Positions 18,776-26,324 of a DNA stretch of 64,000 nt are shown piece after piece; the first letter of the stretch is position 1; every line of letters starts with the position of its first letter. The position numbers and the translations under genes were made by a program. The notes beneath the pieces were generated by a model. The model did not search any database, was not told where the DNA came from, and worked only from the letters and a program-made list of their open reading frames with translations. Origin of the DNA: an uncultured Pseudohongiella sp. (GTDB lineage: Bacteria; Pseudomonadota; Gammaproteobacteria; Pseudomonadales; Pseudohongiellaceae); the NCBI GenBank assembly GCA_964343795.1, contig CAYFKD010000003.1, forward strand, positions 260,669 to 324,668. Direction: 5' to 3'.

Positions 18776-19264
18776 ATGAGTCTCAAGCCAGTCGTTCTCA
18801 TTTACGACCTGAACAATACACTCGTGGACCAGTGTGCCAGCATTATCGGGCAGACTGGGCTTTACACCACTATTAATACCTATAACGAAAGTAATGCTCA
18901 TGAGGCCATGAAGCAGTATGACCGGTTTTTCGGGCTGCTTAACAGCAAGCTTTCCTGCCTGATCACGGGCTGGAACAGCTACAAGAAACCCAGGGACCAG
19001 TTATTGTTCAAATTGCGCAGCGAGGAACGGCGCAGTCCGTTCCGCAAGCCGACGCCGGTTATCATCATTACTGAAGATCATCGTTTTGACCTCAAAAATA
19101 TTGCCCTCGATCCCATGGATGGCTATGTCTCGGCCTACCTGCATGTGGATGACTACGAAGAACAGCTCAATGATGTTCTGCACAAGATCGTATTCGGTGA
19201 GCGGGCGCAGGAATTGAATTCCATTGCCTATGCCCAGCTGCGTCGTGAAGAAGACGAGGAGTAA
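18776..19264 (+). CDS. Receiver-like (pseudo-receiver) domain protein
   Basis: CheY-like topology, but the expected phospho-acceptor position reads ITGWN instead of (I/L)xDWN. Confidence 0.5.
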   Translation: MSLKPVVLIYDLNNTLVDQCASIIGQTGLYTTINTYNESNAHEAMKQYDRFFGLLNSKLSCLITGWNSYKKPRDQLLFKLRSEERRSPFRKPTPVIIITEDHRFDLKNIALDPMDGYVSAYLHVDDYEEQLNDVLHKIVFGERAQELNSIAYAQLRREEDEE

Positions 19265-19368
19265 TCCCGTACTCTGCAGTTGACCCTCTTACGGTCGGGG
19301 CGTAGCATCCTGACCATCGCTTTTCGCGGGCCAGCCCGCAACCGATAAAATCAACAGGAGAGAATCCC

Positions 19369-20187
19369 ATGAAGCGTTTCGCAATCGCTGTTGCTGCATT
19401 GTTGTTTTGTGCAACGGCAGCAGCACAAACTCAATTCGTTCGTTACTCCCAGGGTGGAGATGAAATTCACTGGGGCATGGTGCATCCCGATGGCAGCATC
19501 CACCAGCTTGCGGGAGCTCCTTACAACACCATGGAGCACACCGGCGTTGTGGTACAGAGAGACGAGATCAAGCTGGAAGCCCCGGTTGATCCCCAGCTGG
19601 TTTTCATGACGGCCTTTAATTTCCGCAGCCATATTTCCGGTGACCCGGCGGAAGAACCGGGACTGTTCATAGTGCCACCCAATTCCATAGTCGGTCCGGA
19701 AGATCCTATCGTGCGCCCGGCGGAATCACGTAACCTGCACTACGAGGCAGAAATGGTAGTGGTCATTGGCAAGCGTGCAGAAAACGTGTCCGTGGAAGAG
19801 GCCGGTGACTACATTTTTGGTGTTACCGGTGGCAACGATGTTTCCGAACGAGCATGGCAGGGTGGTGATATCCAGTGGGTGCGCGCCAAGGGATCCCGGG
19901 GATTTAACGCGGTGGGCCCGGTGCTGGTACAGGGCGCCGACTACAAAAACACCCAGATTACCGGCCGCTTTAACGGTGAGGTGGTGCAGGGCGAAAACTC
20001 ATCGGACCTGATCTTCGGCATGGAAGAAATGGTGAGCTATATCTCCAAGTACTTCACCCTGGAACCGGGCGACATGATCTGGTCCGGCACCATGGGCAGT
20101 ACCCGTGCCATGGAACCCGGCGATGTGTATGAAGTGGAATTGTCTGGAGTAGGTGTGCTGCGCAACGAGGTTGTACAGGGCAGGTAA
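19369..20187 (+). CDS. Fumarylacetoacetate hydrolase (FAH) family protein with signal peptide
   Basis: 272 aa with the FAH-fold motifs YEAEMVVVIGK and GTMGS. Confidence 0.8.
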   Translation: MKRFAIAVAALLFCATAAAQTQFVRYSQGGDEIHWGMVHPDGSIHQLAGAPYNTMEHTGVVVQRDEIKLEAPVDPQLVFMTAFNFRSHISGDPAEEPGLFIVPPNSIVGPEDPIVRPAESRNLHYEAEMVVVIGKRAENVSVEEAGDYIFGVTGGNDVSERAWQGGDIQWVRAKGSRGFNAVGPVLVQGADYKNTQITGRFNGEVVQGENSSDLIFGMEEMVSYISKYFTLEPGDMIWSGTMGSTRAMEPGDVYEVELSGVGVLRNEVVQGR

Positions 20188-20217
20188 AAGCCCGGCAAGT
20201 AGTAAAGAGCAGTTAAC

Positions 20218-20251
20218 AAACCCGGCCCGGGATTCCCTGGCCGGGTTTTTT
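20218..20251 (+). terminator. Rho-independent terminator
   Basis: CCCGGCC..GGCCGGG stem followed by a T6 run. Confidence 0.8.
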
Positions 20252-20401
20252 AACCGAGCGATTGTGAAATTCCCCAACAATTAGTATTTTGGCTGGATTC
20301 CTGTCCTGTGCAGAGAATCTAATTGCCTGATATTTATGGAAATTATTATCTGGCATGATACTTGCGGCTAATCTCTCAATAATTAAAAAGAGGAATTCCC
20401 C

Positions 20402-20659
20402 ATGTATGCAGCACTGGAAATATTCGCGATCCTGATGGCGGTATTCGTGCCGATCTTCCTCCCGTTTATTATTAGCGCGTACCTGGATTACAAGAAGAAG
20501 ACGGAAATCGAGTTCGCCAAAATACGCAAGGAAATTGATGAAAACTCCGTTGAAGACATGGAAAACGAACTTGTTGATGTGAAAGACAGGCTGGCGGTCC
20601 TGGAGAAAATCGTTACGGATCGCGGCTTTGAAGTTGAACGCAAAATCAGTAATCTTTAA
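20402..20659 (+). CDS. Small membrane-anchored coiled-coil protein (PspB-like architecture)
   Basis: 85 aa with one N-terminal TM and then a charged helix ending in LAVLEKIVTD. The PspB resemblance rests on architecture only. Confidence 0.45.
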   Translation: MYAALEIFAILMAVFVPIFLPFIISAYLDYKKKTEIEFAKIRKEIDENSVEDMENELVDVKDRLAVLEKIVTDRGFEVERKISNL

Positions 20660-20672
20660 AAAATCGGGAATT

Positions 20673-20716
20673 AAAAAAGGGGAGGAGCAGTAATGCTCCA
20701 CCCCTTTCTTTTTTCG
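20673..20716. terminator. Bidirectional rho-independent terminator
   Basis: A-run, GGGGAGGAGCA / TGCTCCACCCC stem, then a T-run. It lies between convergent genes. Confidence 0.75.
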
Positions 20717-20745
20717 GGCGGTAGCCGGTGCCCGAATCCTTGCGA

Positions 20746-21132
20746 TCAGGAAGACGGCTCAGTCATGCAGAACACGTTGAGCTTGTTGCCGTCCAGGTCG
20801 CGAAAGTAGCCGGCATAAAAACCGGAATCGCCGCGCGGGCCGGGAGCGCCTTCGTCGGTGCCGCCCAGCTCCAGTGCCTTGTCATAGACCTTCTGTACCT
20901 TGCCAGTGCTGTCCACAATCAGCGCAATCATGACGCCATTGCCTACGGTTGCGGGATTGCCGTCGAAGGGTTTGGTTACGGAAAACCCCGCCAGGTTTGG
21001 ATTGGTGGCCCAGGCCACGAAGGTATCTTCGATTTCCATGAAGCGCTTGGCGCCCACTTCCGCGAAAAGTTCATCGTAAAAGGCGACCGCCTTGGCCAGG
21101 TCGTTAGTCCCTACAGTTGTGTATCCAATCAT
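20746..21132 (-). CDS. VOC (glyoxalase/bleomycin-resistance) family protein
   Basis: I take the start at MIGYTTVGTNDL. It has the typical VOC N-terminus and size (128 aa). Confidence 0.75.
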   Translation of the reverse strand: MIGYTTVGTNDLAKAVAFYDELFAEVGAKRFMEIEDTFVAWATNPNLAGFSVTKPFDGNPATVGNGVMIALIVDSTGKVQKVYDKALELGGTDEGAPGPRGDSGFYAGYFRDLDGNKLNVFCMTEPSS

Positions 21133-21164
21133 GATGCATCCTCTTTTTGAGCTGAATTGTGGTT

Positions 21165-21740
21165 CTAATTCTTCAGTTCCCGGTAACGGAAACAATTACT
21201 TGTGTGGTCATTGACCAGCCCCGCCGCCTGCATGTGGGCATAGCAGATGGTGCTGCCGACAAATTTGAAGCCGCGTTTTTTCATGTCCGCGGAGAGGGCA
21301 TCGCTCTCCGGGGTGGTGGCGGGAACATCCTTGCTGGTCTTGCGCTTGCCGTCGATGGTCTTGTGACCAACAAAAGACCAGATATAGTCATTGAATTTGT
21401 CGTACTCATTCTGCACTTCCATAAACGCCAGGGCATTAGTGCGGATGGCAAACAACTTGGCGCGGTTCCGGATCAGGCCGGTGTCCTGCAACAGTTTTTC
21501 GATGGTGGCATCACGCATGCGAGCCACTTTTTCTACCTCGAAATTTTTGAATGCGCGGCGATAGTTGTCGCGCTTGCGCAACACCGTAATCCAGCTCAGG
21601 CCGGCCTGCTGGCCTTCAAGACAGAGGAACTCGAAGTGCTTCTGGTCGTCATGGACCGGTACGCCCCATTCTTCATCGTGGTAGGCGATGTAGTCCGGGT
21701 CCTCCCCGGGCCACCAGCAACGGTCTGCCTCCGTGGGCAT
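21165..21740 (-). CDS. tag: DNA-3-methyladenine glycosylase I
   Basis: Strong match to E. coli Tag as I recall it (YHDEEWGVP, CLEGQQAGLSWITVL, FKFVGSTICYAHMQAAGLVNDH). I take the ATG at 21740, preceded by GAGAGGAG. Confidence 0.93.
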   Translation of the reverse strand: MPTEADRCWWPGEDPDYIAYHDEEWGVPVHDDQKHFEFLCLEGQQAGLSWITVLRKRDNYRRAFKNFEVEKVARMRDATIEKLLQDTGLIRNRAKLFAIRTNALAFMEVQNEYDKFNDYIWSFVGHKTIDGKRKTSKDVPATTPESDALSADMKKRGFKFVGSTICYAHMQAAGLVNDHTSNCFRYRELKN

Positions 21741-21769
21741 TGGCAAGCTCCTCTCTGACTAAATCGTAT

Positions 21770-21789
21770 TACTGTATAGATATACAGTA
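21770..21789. promoter_or_regulatory. LexA (SOS) box
   Basis: TACTGTATAGATATACAGTA matches the gammaproteobacterial consensus TACTG(TA)5CAGTA at 19 of 20 positions. It lies 30-50 nt upstream of the tag start codon. Confidence 0.7.
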
Positions 21790-21978
21790 ATTGTAGCAAG
21801 CTCTAAATGCAGCAAGCTAGTAGAAACTCCCATCCGGTGCAATCTCCATGAAATGAAAACTGCAGAAAGAAGTTCTTTTCATGCATAGACGGGCAATTAG
21901 CACGAGCCGGAGCATATCGGCAGCTGAATCCGGGCATGGGCATTAGTATTGATCAGACATTATCGATGAGGAAAGACC

Positions 21979-22497
21979 ATGAAAGTTCGGCTACCACTGC
22001 TTGCTGCCGTCGCAGCAATCCTGCTATCTGCGTGCATGTCCACTTCCGAACCCCTGGGTCCGCCCGCCAGCGCCTGGGATAACTACTTGAACTGGTACCG
22101 GGTAACACCGGAACCCGCCACGGGAGATCCCACCGGGTTTCTTGCCGGGGTGCATGATGGAGAAGACGCCTATCGCCTGATTTACATCAACTCGACGGGC
22201 GAGGCCGTGAACCGCGGTAACAGGGGATTTCCCTATCCGGCGGGTACCATCATCGTGAAGGAAAGTTTTAACTCCATGGCGGCGCTGCAGGATCGGCGCA
22301 ATCCGGAACTGACCGCCATGATCAAACTGCGCCAGGGGCAGTCACCGGAAACCGGCGACTGGGAGTATGTACGACCGGATGGCGCCCGCGGCAGTGGCGA
22401 CTCCGGGCTGGGCCAGTTCTGTTTCGGCTGCCACCTGTTCGCCGCCGGAACGGATTACAACTTCATTAATTCCCGGTTCTACCAGGACAACCAGTAG
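21979..22497 (+). CDS. Cytochrome P460 family protein
   Basis: 172 aa with a lipoprotein-like signal (LLSAC), a single C-terminal CFGCH heme motif and a TIIVKE segment like that of P460 proteins. Confidence 0.6.
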   Translation: MKVRLPLLAAVAAILLSACMSTSEPLGPPASAWDNYLNWYRVTPEPATGDPTGFLAGVHDGEDAYRLIYINSTGEAVNRGNRGFPYPAGTIIVKESFNSMAALQDRRNPELTAMIKLRQGQSPETGDWEYVRPDGARGSGDSGLGQFCFGCHLFAAGTDYNFINSRFYQDNQ

Positions 22498-22715
22498 ACC
22501 GGGAGACTCATTCCACCGGCCGGATTGCCCGTCCGGCTACCCAGTGGAATCGTTGCACGCCGGGGGCTGCCCACCTCCGGCGTTTTTTTGTCTGCTCAAT
22601 TGGTCTTGCTGAAAAGATTTGTAACCGAACTTCTCTTGCCTTTGGTGGGGCCTGTGCTAGTTTACGCTGCTTGTTTTTTACCCGGTAATTCAATCAATTA
22701 GCTTTGGGAGCAGTA

Positions 22716-24953
22716 ATGGGCAGCATGAATTCAAGGATGCCTTTTTCCTACCTGGTTCTTTTCCTGGTCCTGGCGCCTGCCGTGGCGGCCCAGGAATACA
22801 GTTCACGCACCGTACAGCCTTCAACCCAGGCCTATGCCCTGGGCATCACACCGACGATCGATGGTCGCATCCTGGATGACGAGGCCTGGGAAGGCATCAC
22901 TCCCACCTCTGGCTTCTGGCAAACCCGCCCCGATGAAGGCCAGCCCGCTACCCAGCGCACCGAGGTGTACATGGGCTACACCGCTGATGCGCTCTATATC
23001 GCGGTCATGGCTTACGACGATGATCCCGAGGGGATTATCGTGGCCGACAGCCGTCGCGACTCCTCCCTCAGCGAAACCGACTCATTCCAGGTCATCATCG
23101 ATGGCCTGCTGGATCGCCAGAACGGTTTTGTATTCGGCACTAACCCTGCCGGTATCGAGTATGACGCCCAGGTTACCAACGAGGGTGGTGGCGGCGGCTT
23201 CGGTGGCCGTGGTGGCGGCACCGGCGGATTTAACCTGAACTGGGATACTACCTGGGAAGTGGCGGCGACCATTGCGGATTACGGCTGGAGCGCGGAAATG
23301 GAAATTCCCTTCAGTGCCCTGCGCTTTGGCAATGACGAACTGCAAACATGGGGAATTAATTTCCAGCGCAATATCCGCCGCAACAACGAGGAAGCTTACT
23401 GGGCGCCGCTTGACCGCCAGTACAACCTGAATCGCGTGTCGGAAGCGGGAACCGTGGAAGGCATTACAGTCCCTGCCCAGCGCAACCTGCAGTTTACGCC
23501 TTATGCGTTGAGCCTCACCGAAAAGGGCGGCCAATTAACTGATACCCAGTCCAGCGAAGATTACGGCTTCGACATGAAGTGGAGCATTACGCCCAGCCTG
23601 ACCCTTGACGCTACTTACAACACCGACTTCGCCCAGGTGGAAGTGGACGAAATCCAGGTCAACCTGGATCGCTTCAGCCTGTTCTTTCCGGAAAAGCGTC
23701 CCTTCTTCCTGGAAAATGCGGGCCAGTTCGCGGTGGGCAACCCGCGGGAAGCGGAACTATTCTTCAGCCGCCGTATCGGTATCGACAGCGGTTCTCCCAT
23801 TCCCATCGATGGCGGTGCACGCCTCACCGGCAAGGTGGGCAACAACACCAACATTGGCCTGTTGCGCATGCGCACCGAAGGTATCGTGGGCGTTTCACCC
23901 CAGAATGATTTTTCCGTTGTAAGGATTAACCAGGAATTGCCTAACAGGTCTGCCCTGGGTGTGATGTACGTGGAACGGGACGGCGATGGCACCGTTACCG
24001 GCTTGCCCGGCAAGGACATTAACCGGACCTATGCCGTCGACGGCCGTTGGGGTATTGGTGATTACACCCGTATCTCGGGATGGATTTCCCGCACCGAAAC
24101 GCCGGGTATAAAAGACGACGATACGGCCGGCGGCATCAGCTGGAGCTACCGCGATGCGGAATGGTCTCTCGATGCCGGGTATTCAGAAGTAGGAAACAAT
24201 TTTAACCCTGAAGTGGGTTTCCTGGCGCGCAAGGGATTTCGCAAGTACACCGCCGGGTGGCGTTATAACTACCGCCCGGAAAACCTGTGGAACCTGCAGG
24301 AATTGCGCCCCCACATGAACTACCGCGCCTACTATGACTTCGATGGCTTCCAGGAAACCGGTTACCTGCACATCGACAATCACTGGGAGTTTGAAAGCGG
24401 CATGGAAATTCACACCGGCATGAATATGACCCAGGAAGGGGTGAAGGAAGCGTTCGAGATCGTGGATGGTGTGGTGGTACCACCCGGTGAGTATGAGCAC
24501 GAAGAAGCCCAGCTCGTGTATTGGTCAAACCAGGGTGCGCCCTTCAGCGTGAACATCCAGACCCGCCTCGGTGGTTTCTTTGGCGGCGACCGCAAGAACG
24601 TGGACGCGACCTTACGTTACCGGGTGGGCGAACGCTTTAACTCGGAACTGACCTGGAGCCACAGCGACATCGAGTTGCCTGTAACCAACGGAGACTTCAA
24701 GGTAGACCTGGCCCGCCTGCGCCTGACCTATTCCTTCACGCCGCGCATGTCCATCCAGACACTGATGCAATACAACAAGCGTGATGACGTGTTCTCTACC
24801 AATGTGCGCTTCGCCTGGTTGCAGTCCGCCAACGCGGGCCTGTACCTGGTGTATAACGAGGTGGACGAAGGCGGTCTGCTTGCACCCCGTGGCGATGCCC
24901 AGCAGTTCGCGATCAAGTACTCGCGGATCTTCGACGTGTTCGACTGGTTCTAG
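22716..24953 (+). CDS. CBM9-like / DUF5916-type large outer-membrane-associated protein
   Basis: Signal peptide and an N-terminal IDGRILDDEAW motif typical of the CBM9/DOMON-like domain, followed by a long beta-rich C-terminus. I take the ATG at 22716 after GGGAG. Confidence 0.55.
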   Translation: MGSMNSRMPFSYLVLFLVLAPAVAAQEYSSRTVQPSTQAYALGITPTIDGRILDDEAWEGITPTSGFWQTRPDEGQPATQRTEVYMGYTADALYIAVMAYDDDPEGIIVADSRRDSSLSETDSFQVIIDGLLDRQNGFVFGTNPAGIEYDAQVTNEGGGGGFGGRGGGTGGFNLNWDTTWEVAATIADYGWSAEMEIPFSALRFGNDELQTWGINFQRNIRRNNEEAYWAPLDRQYNLNRVSEAGTVEGITVPAQRNLQFTPYALSLTEKGGQLTDTQSSEDYGFDMKWSITPSLTLDATYNTDFAQVEVDEIQVNLDRFSLFFPEKRPFFLENAGQFAVGNPREAELFFSRRIGIDSGSPIPIDGGARLTGKVGNNTNIGLLRMRTEGIVGVSPQNDFSVVRINQELPNRSALGVMYVERDGDGTVTGLPGKDINRTYAVDGRWGIGDYTRISGWISRTETPGIKDDDTAGGISWSYRDAEWSLDAGYSEVGNNFNPEVGFLARKGFRKYTAGWRYNYRPENLWNLQELRPHMNYRAYYDFDGFQETGYLHIDNHWEFESGMEIHTGMNMTQEGVKEAFEIVDGVVVPPGEYEHEEAQLVYWSNQGAPFSVNIQTRLGGFFGGDRKNVDATLRYRVGERFNSELTWSHSDIELPVTNGDFKVDLARLRLTYSFTPRMSIQTLMQYNKRDDVFSTNVRFAWLQSANAGLYLVYNEVDEGGLLAPRGDAQQFAIKYSRIFDVFDWF

Positions 24954-25068
24954 TCGATAGACAGCAACCAGGTTTTCCCCGACAATTGGCTGGTTTCCTG
25001 CCGCTGTGAGTCTCATCGCAGCGGCATCCTGTTGTACAAACTAACAATCAAGAACACAGGATGACGCC

Positions 25069-25650
25069 ATGAACCCCCCGGAAATTCGGGTCGCCACTGA
25101 AGCCGACCGCGCTGCTGCCATTGATTCGTTGTTACTGAGTTTTTCTTCCGATCCACTGGTGCGCTGGATCTGGCCCGATCCTTCGGTGTACATGAAAACC
25201 CATGAAGGCTTCGATGCTTTTGGCGGCCGCGCCATAGACAGCAACACCGCTTACGTCACGTCAAACTTCGAGGGAGTGGCGTTGTGGATGCCGCCGGGGG
25301 TAGAAACCGATGAAGACCGCATGGTCGCCTTCCTGCAGAAATCCGTACCCGAAGAACGGCACGAAGAGGTGTTTGCCCTGTTCGAAAAACTGGACGAGTT
25401 TCACCCCGAAGAGGAGTGCTGGTACTTGCCTACAATCGGAGTCGACCCCGCCTTCCAGGGAAATGGCATCGGATCCCAGCTCATGAAGCATGCGTTGCAA
25501 AGAATCGATAAAGAAAACCTGCCGGCCTACCTGGAGTCATCAAACCCCAGGAACATTTCACTCTATGAGCGGCATGGCTTTGAAATTGTCGGCCAGATCC
25601 AGGTGGGGGATTCGCCGGTAGCGCATCCAATGTTGCGAACCCCCCGATAG
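25069..25650 (+). CDS. GNAT family N-acetyltransferase
   Basis: 193 aa with the acetyl-CoA binding motif (VDPAFQGNGIGSQLM). Confidence 0.8.
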   Translation: MNPPEIRVATEADRAAAIDSLLLSFSSDPLVRWIWPDPSVYMKTHEGFDAFGGRAIDSNTAYVTSNFEGVALWMPPGVETDEDRMVAFLQKSVPEERHEEVFALFEKLDEFHPEEECWYLPTIGVDPAFQGNGIGSQLMKHALQRIDKENLPAYLESSNPRNISLYERHGFEIVGQIQVGDSPVAHPMLRTPR

Positions 25651-25656
25651 TTTGCT

Positions 25657-26283
25657 TTAACCACGCTCCTGTTCAATCAGGAAGTTCACCACGTTTAGCA
25701 TCTCCTGGTAACTCCCGGCGGCGGTGGTTACGACGTACTTGCCGTTCACGTACATCATGGGAGTCTGCGCCGGTCCATACTGGGCGATCTGGCTGCGCGC
25801 CTGGTTCACCCGGGAGCGGATAGAAAAAGAATTAAACACCCGATCAAAATTCCCGGATGCCACGCCACAGGATTCGAAAAACTCCCGCAACAGGCCCTCA
25901 TTGTGCAGGCGATTTCGATTCTGGTGATATTCATTGAAAAAAGGGTCGTGTACCGCTTCCATCACATCCAGCGCCTGGGCGGTGAAATACGCACGGGCAT
26001 GAAGTTCGGTAATAGGATCCCATACCGCCGGCAGGCGCTTGTGGTCCACGTCGGCCGGGACGTTGCGTTCCCAGGCCGCCATCAGGGGCTCGAAGGCATA
26101 GCAGCCCGGACAGCCGTACCAAAACAGTTCGATCACCTCGATGCGGTTTTCATCGGCGGTGCGTACCGGTGTTTCCAATGCTGCATAATGCACGCCCTCG
26201 ACATACCTGGTTACCTGTGCATGCGCTGTAGCTGAGAGGATTGACAGCAACAGTAATGCAAGAGAAATTCTTAGAGTTTTCAT
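25657..26283 (-). CDS. dsbA: Thiol:disulfide interchange protein DsbA
   Basis: Signal peptide from MKTLRISL and the CPGC active site in FWYGCPGCY. Confidence 0.85.
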   Translation of the reverse strand: MKTLRISLALLLLSILSATAHAQVTRYVEGVHYAALETPVRTADENRIEVIELFWYGCPGCYAFEPLMAAWERNVPADVDHKRLPAVWDPITELHARAYFTAQALDVMEAVHDPFFNEYHQNRNRLHNEGLLREFFESCGVASGNFDRVFNSFSIRSRVNQARSQIAQYGPAQTPMMYVNGKYVVTTAAGSYQEMLNVVNFLIEQERG

Positions 26284-26324
26284 AACGGAGTCCTTATTTC
26301 TTGGCAACCATCGATCAGTTGCTG

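Noticed and set aside
19120-19140. Additional CAUGGAUG-type sequences occur inside CDSs, for example around 19127, 54720 and 60181, and could be further CsrA sites or element copies.
   Set aside because: They lack the flanking stem complementarity and the rest of the element. I treat them as chance occurrences within coding sequence.
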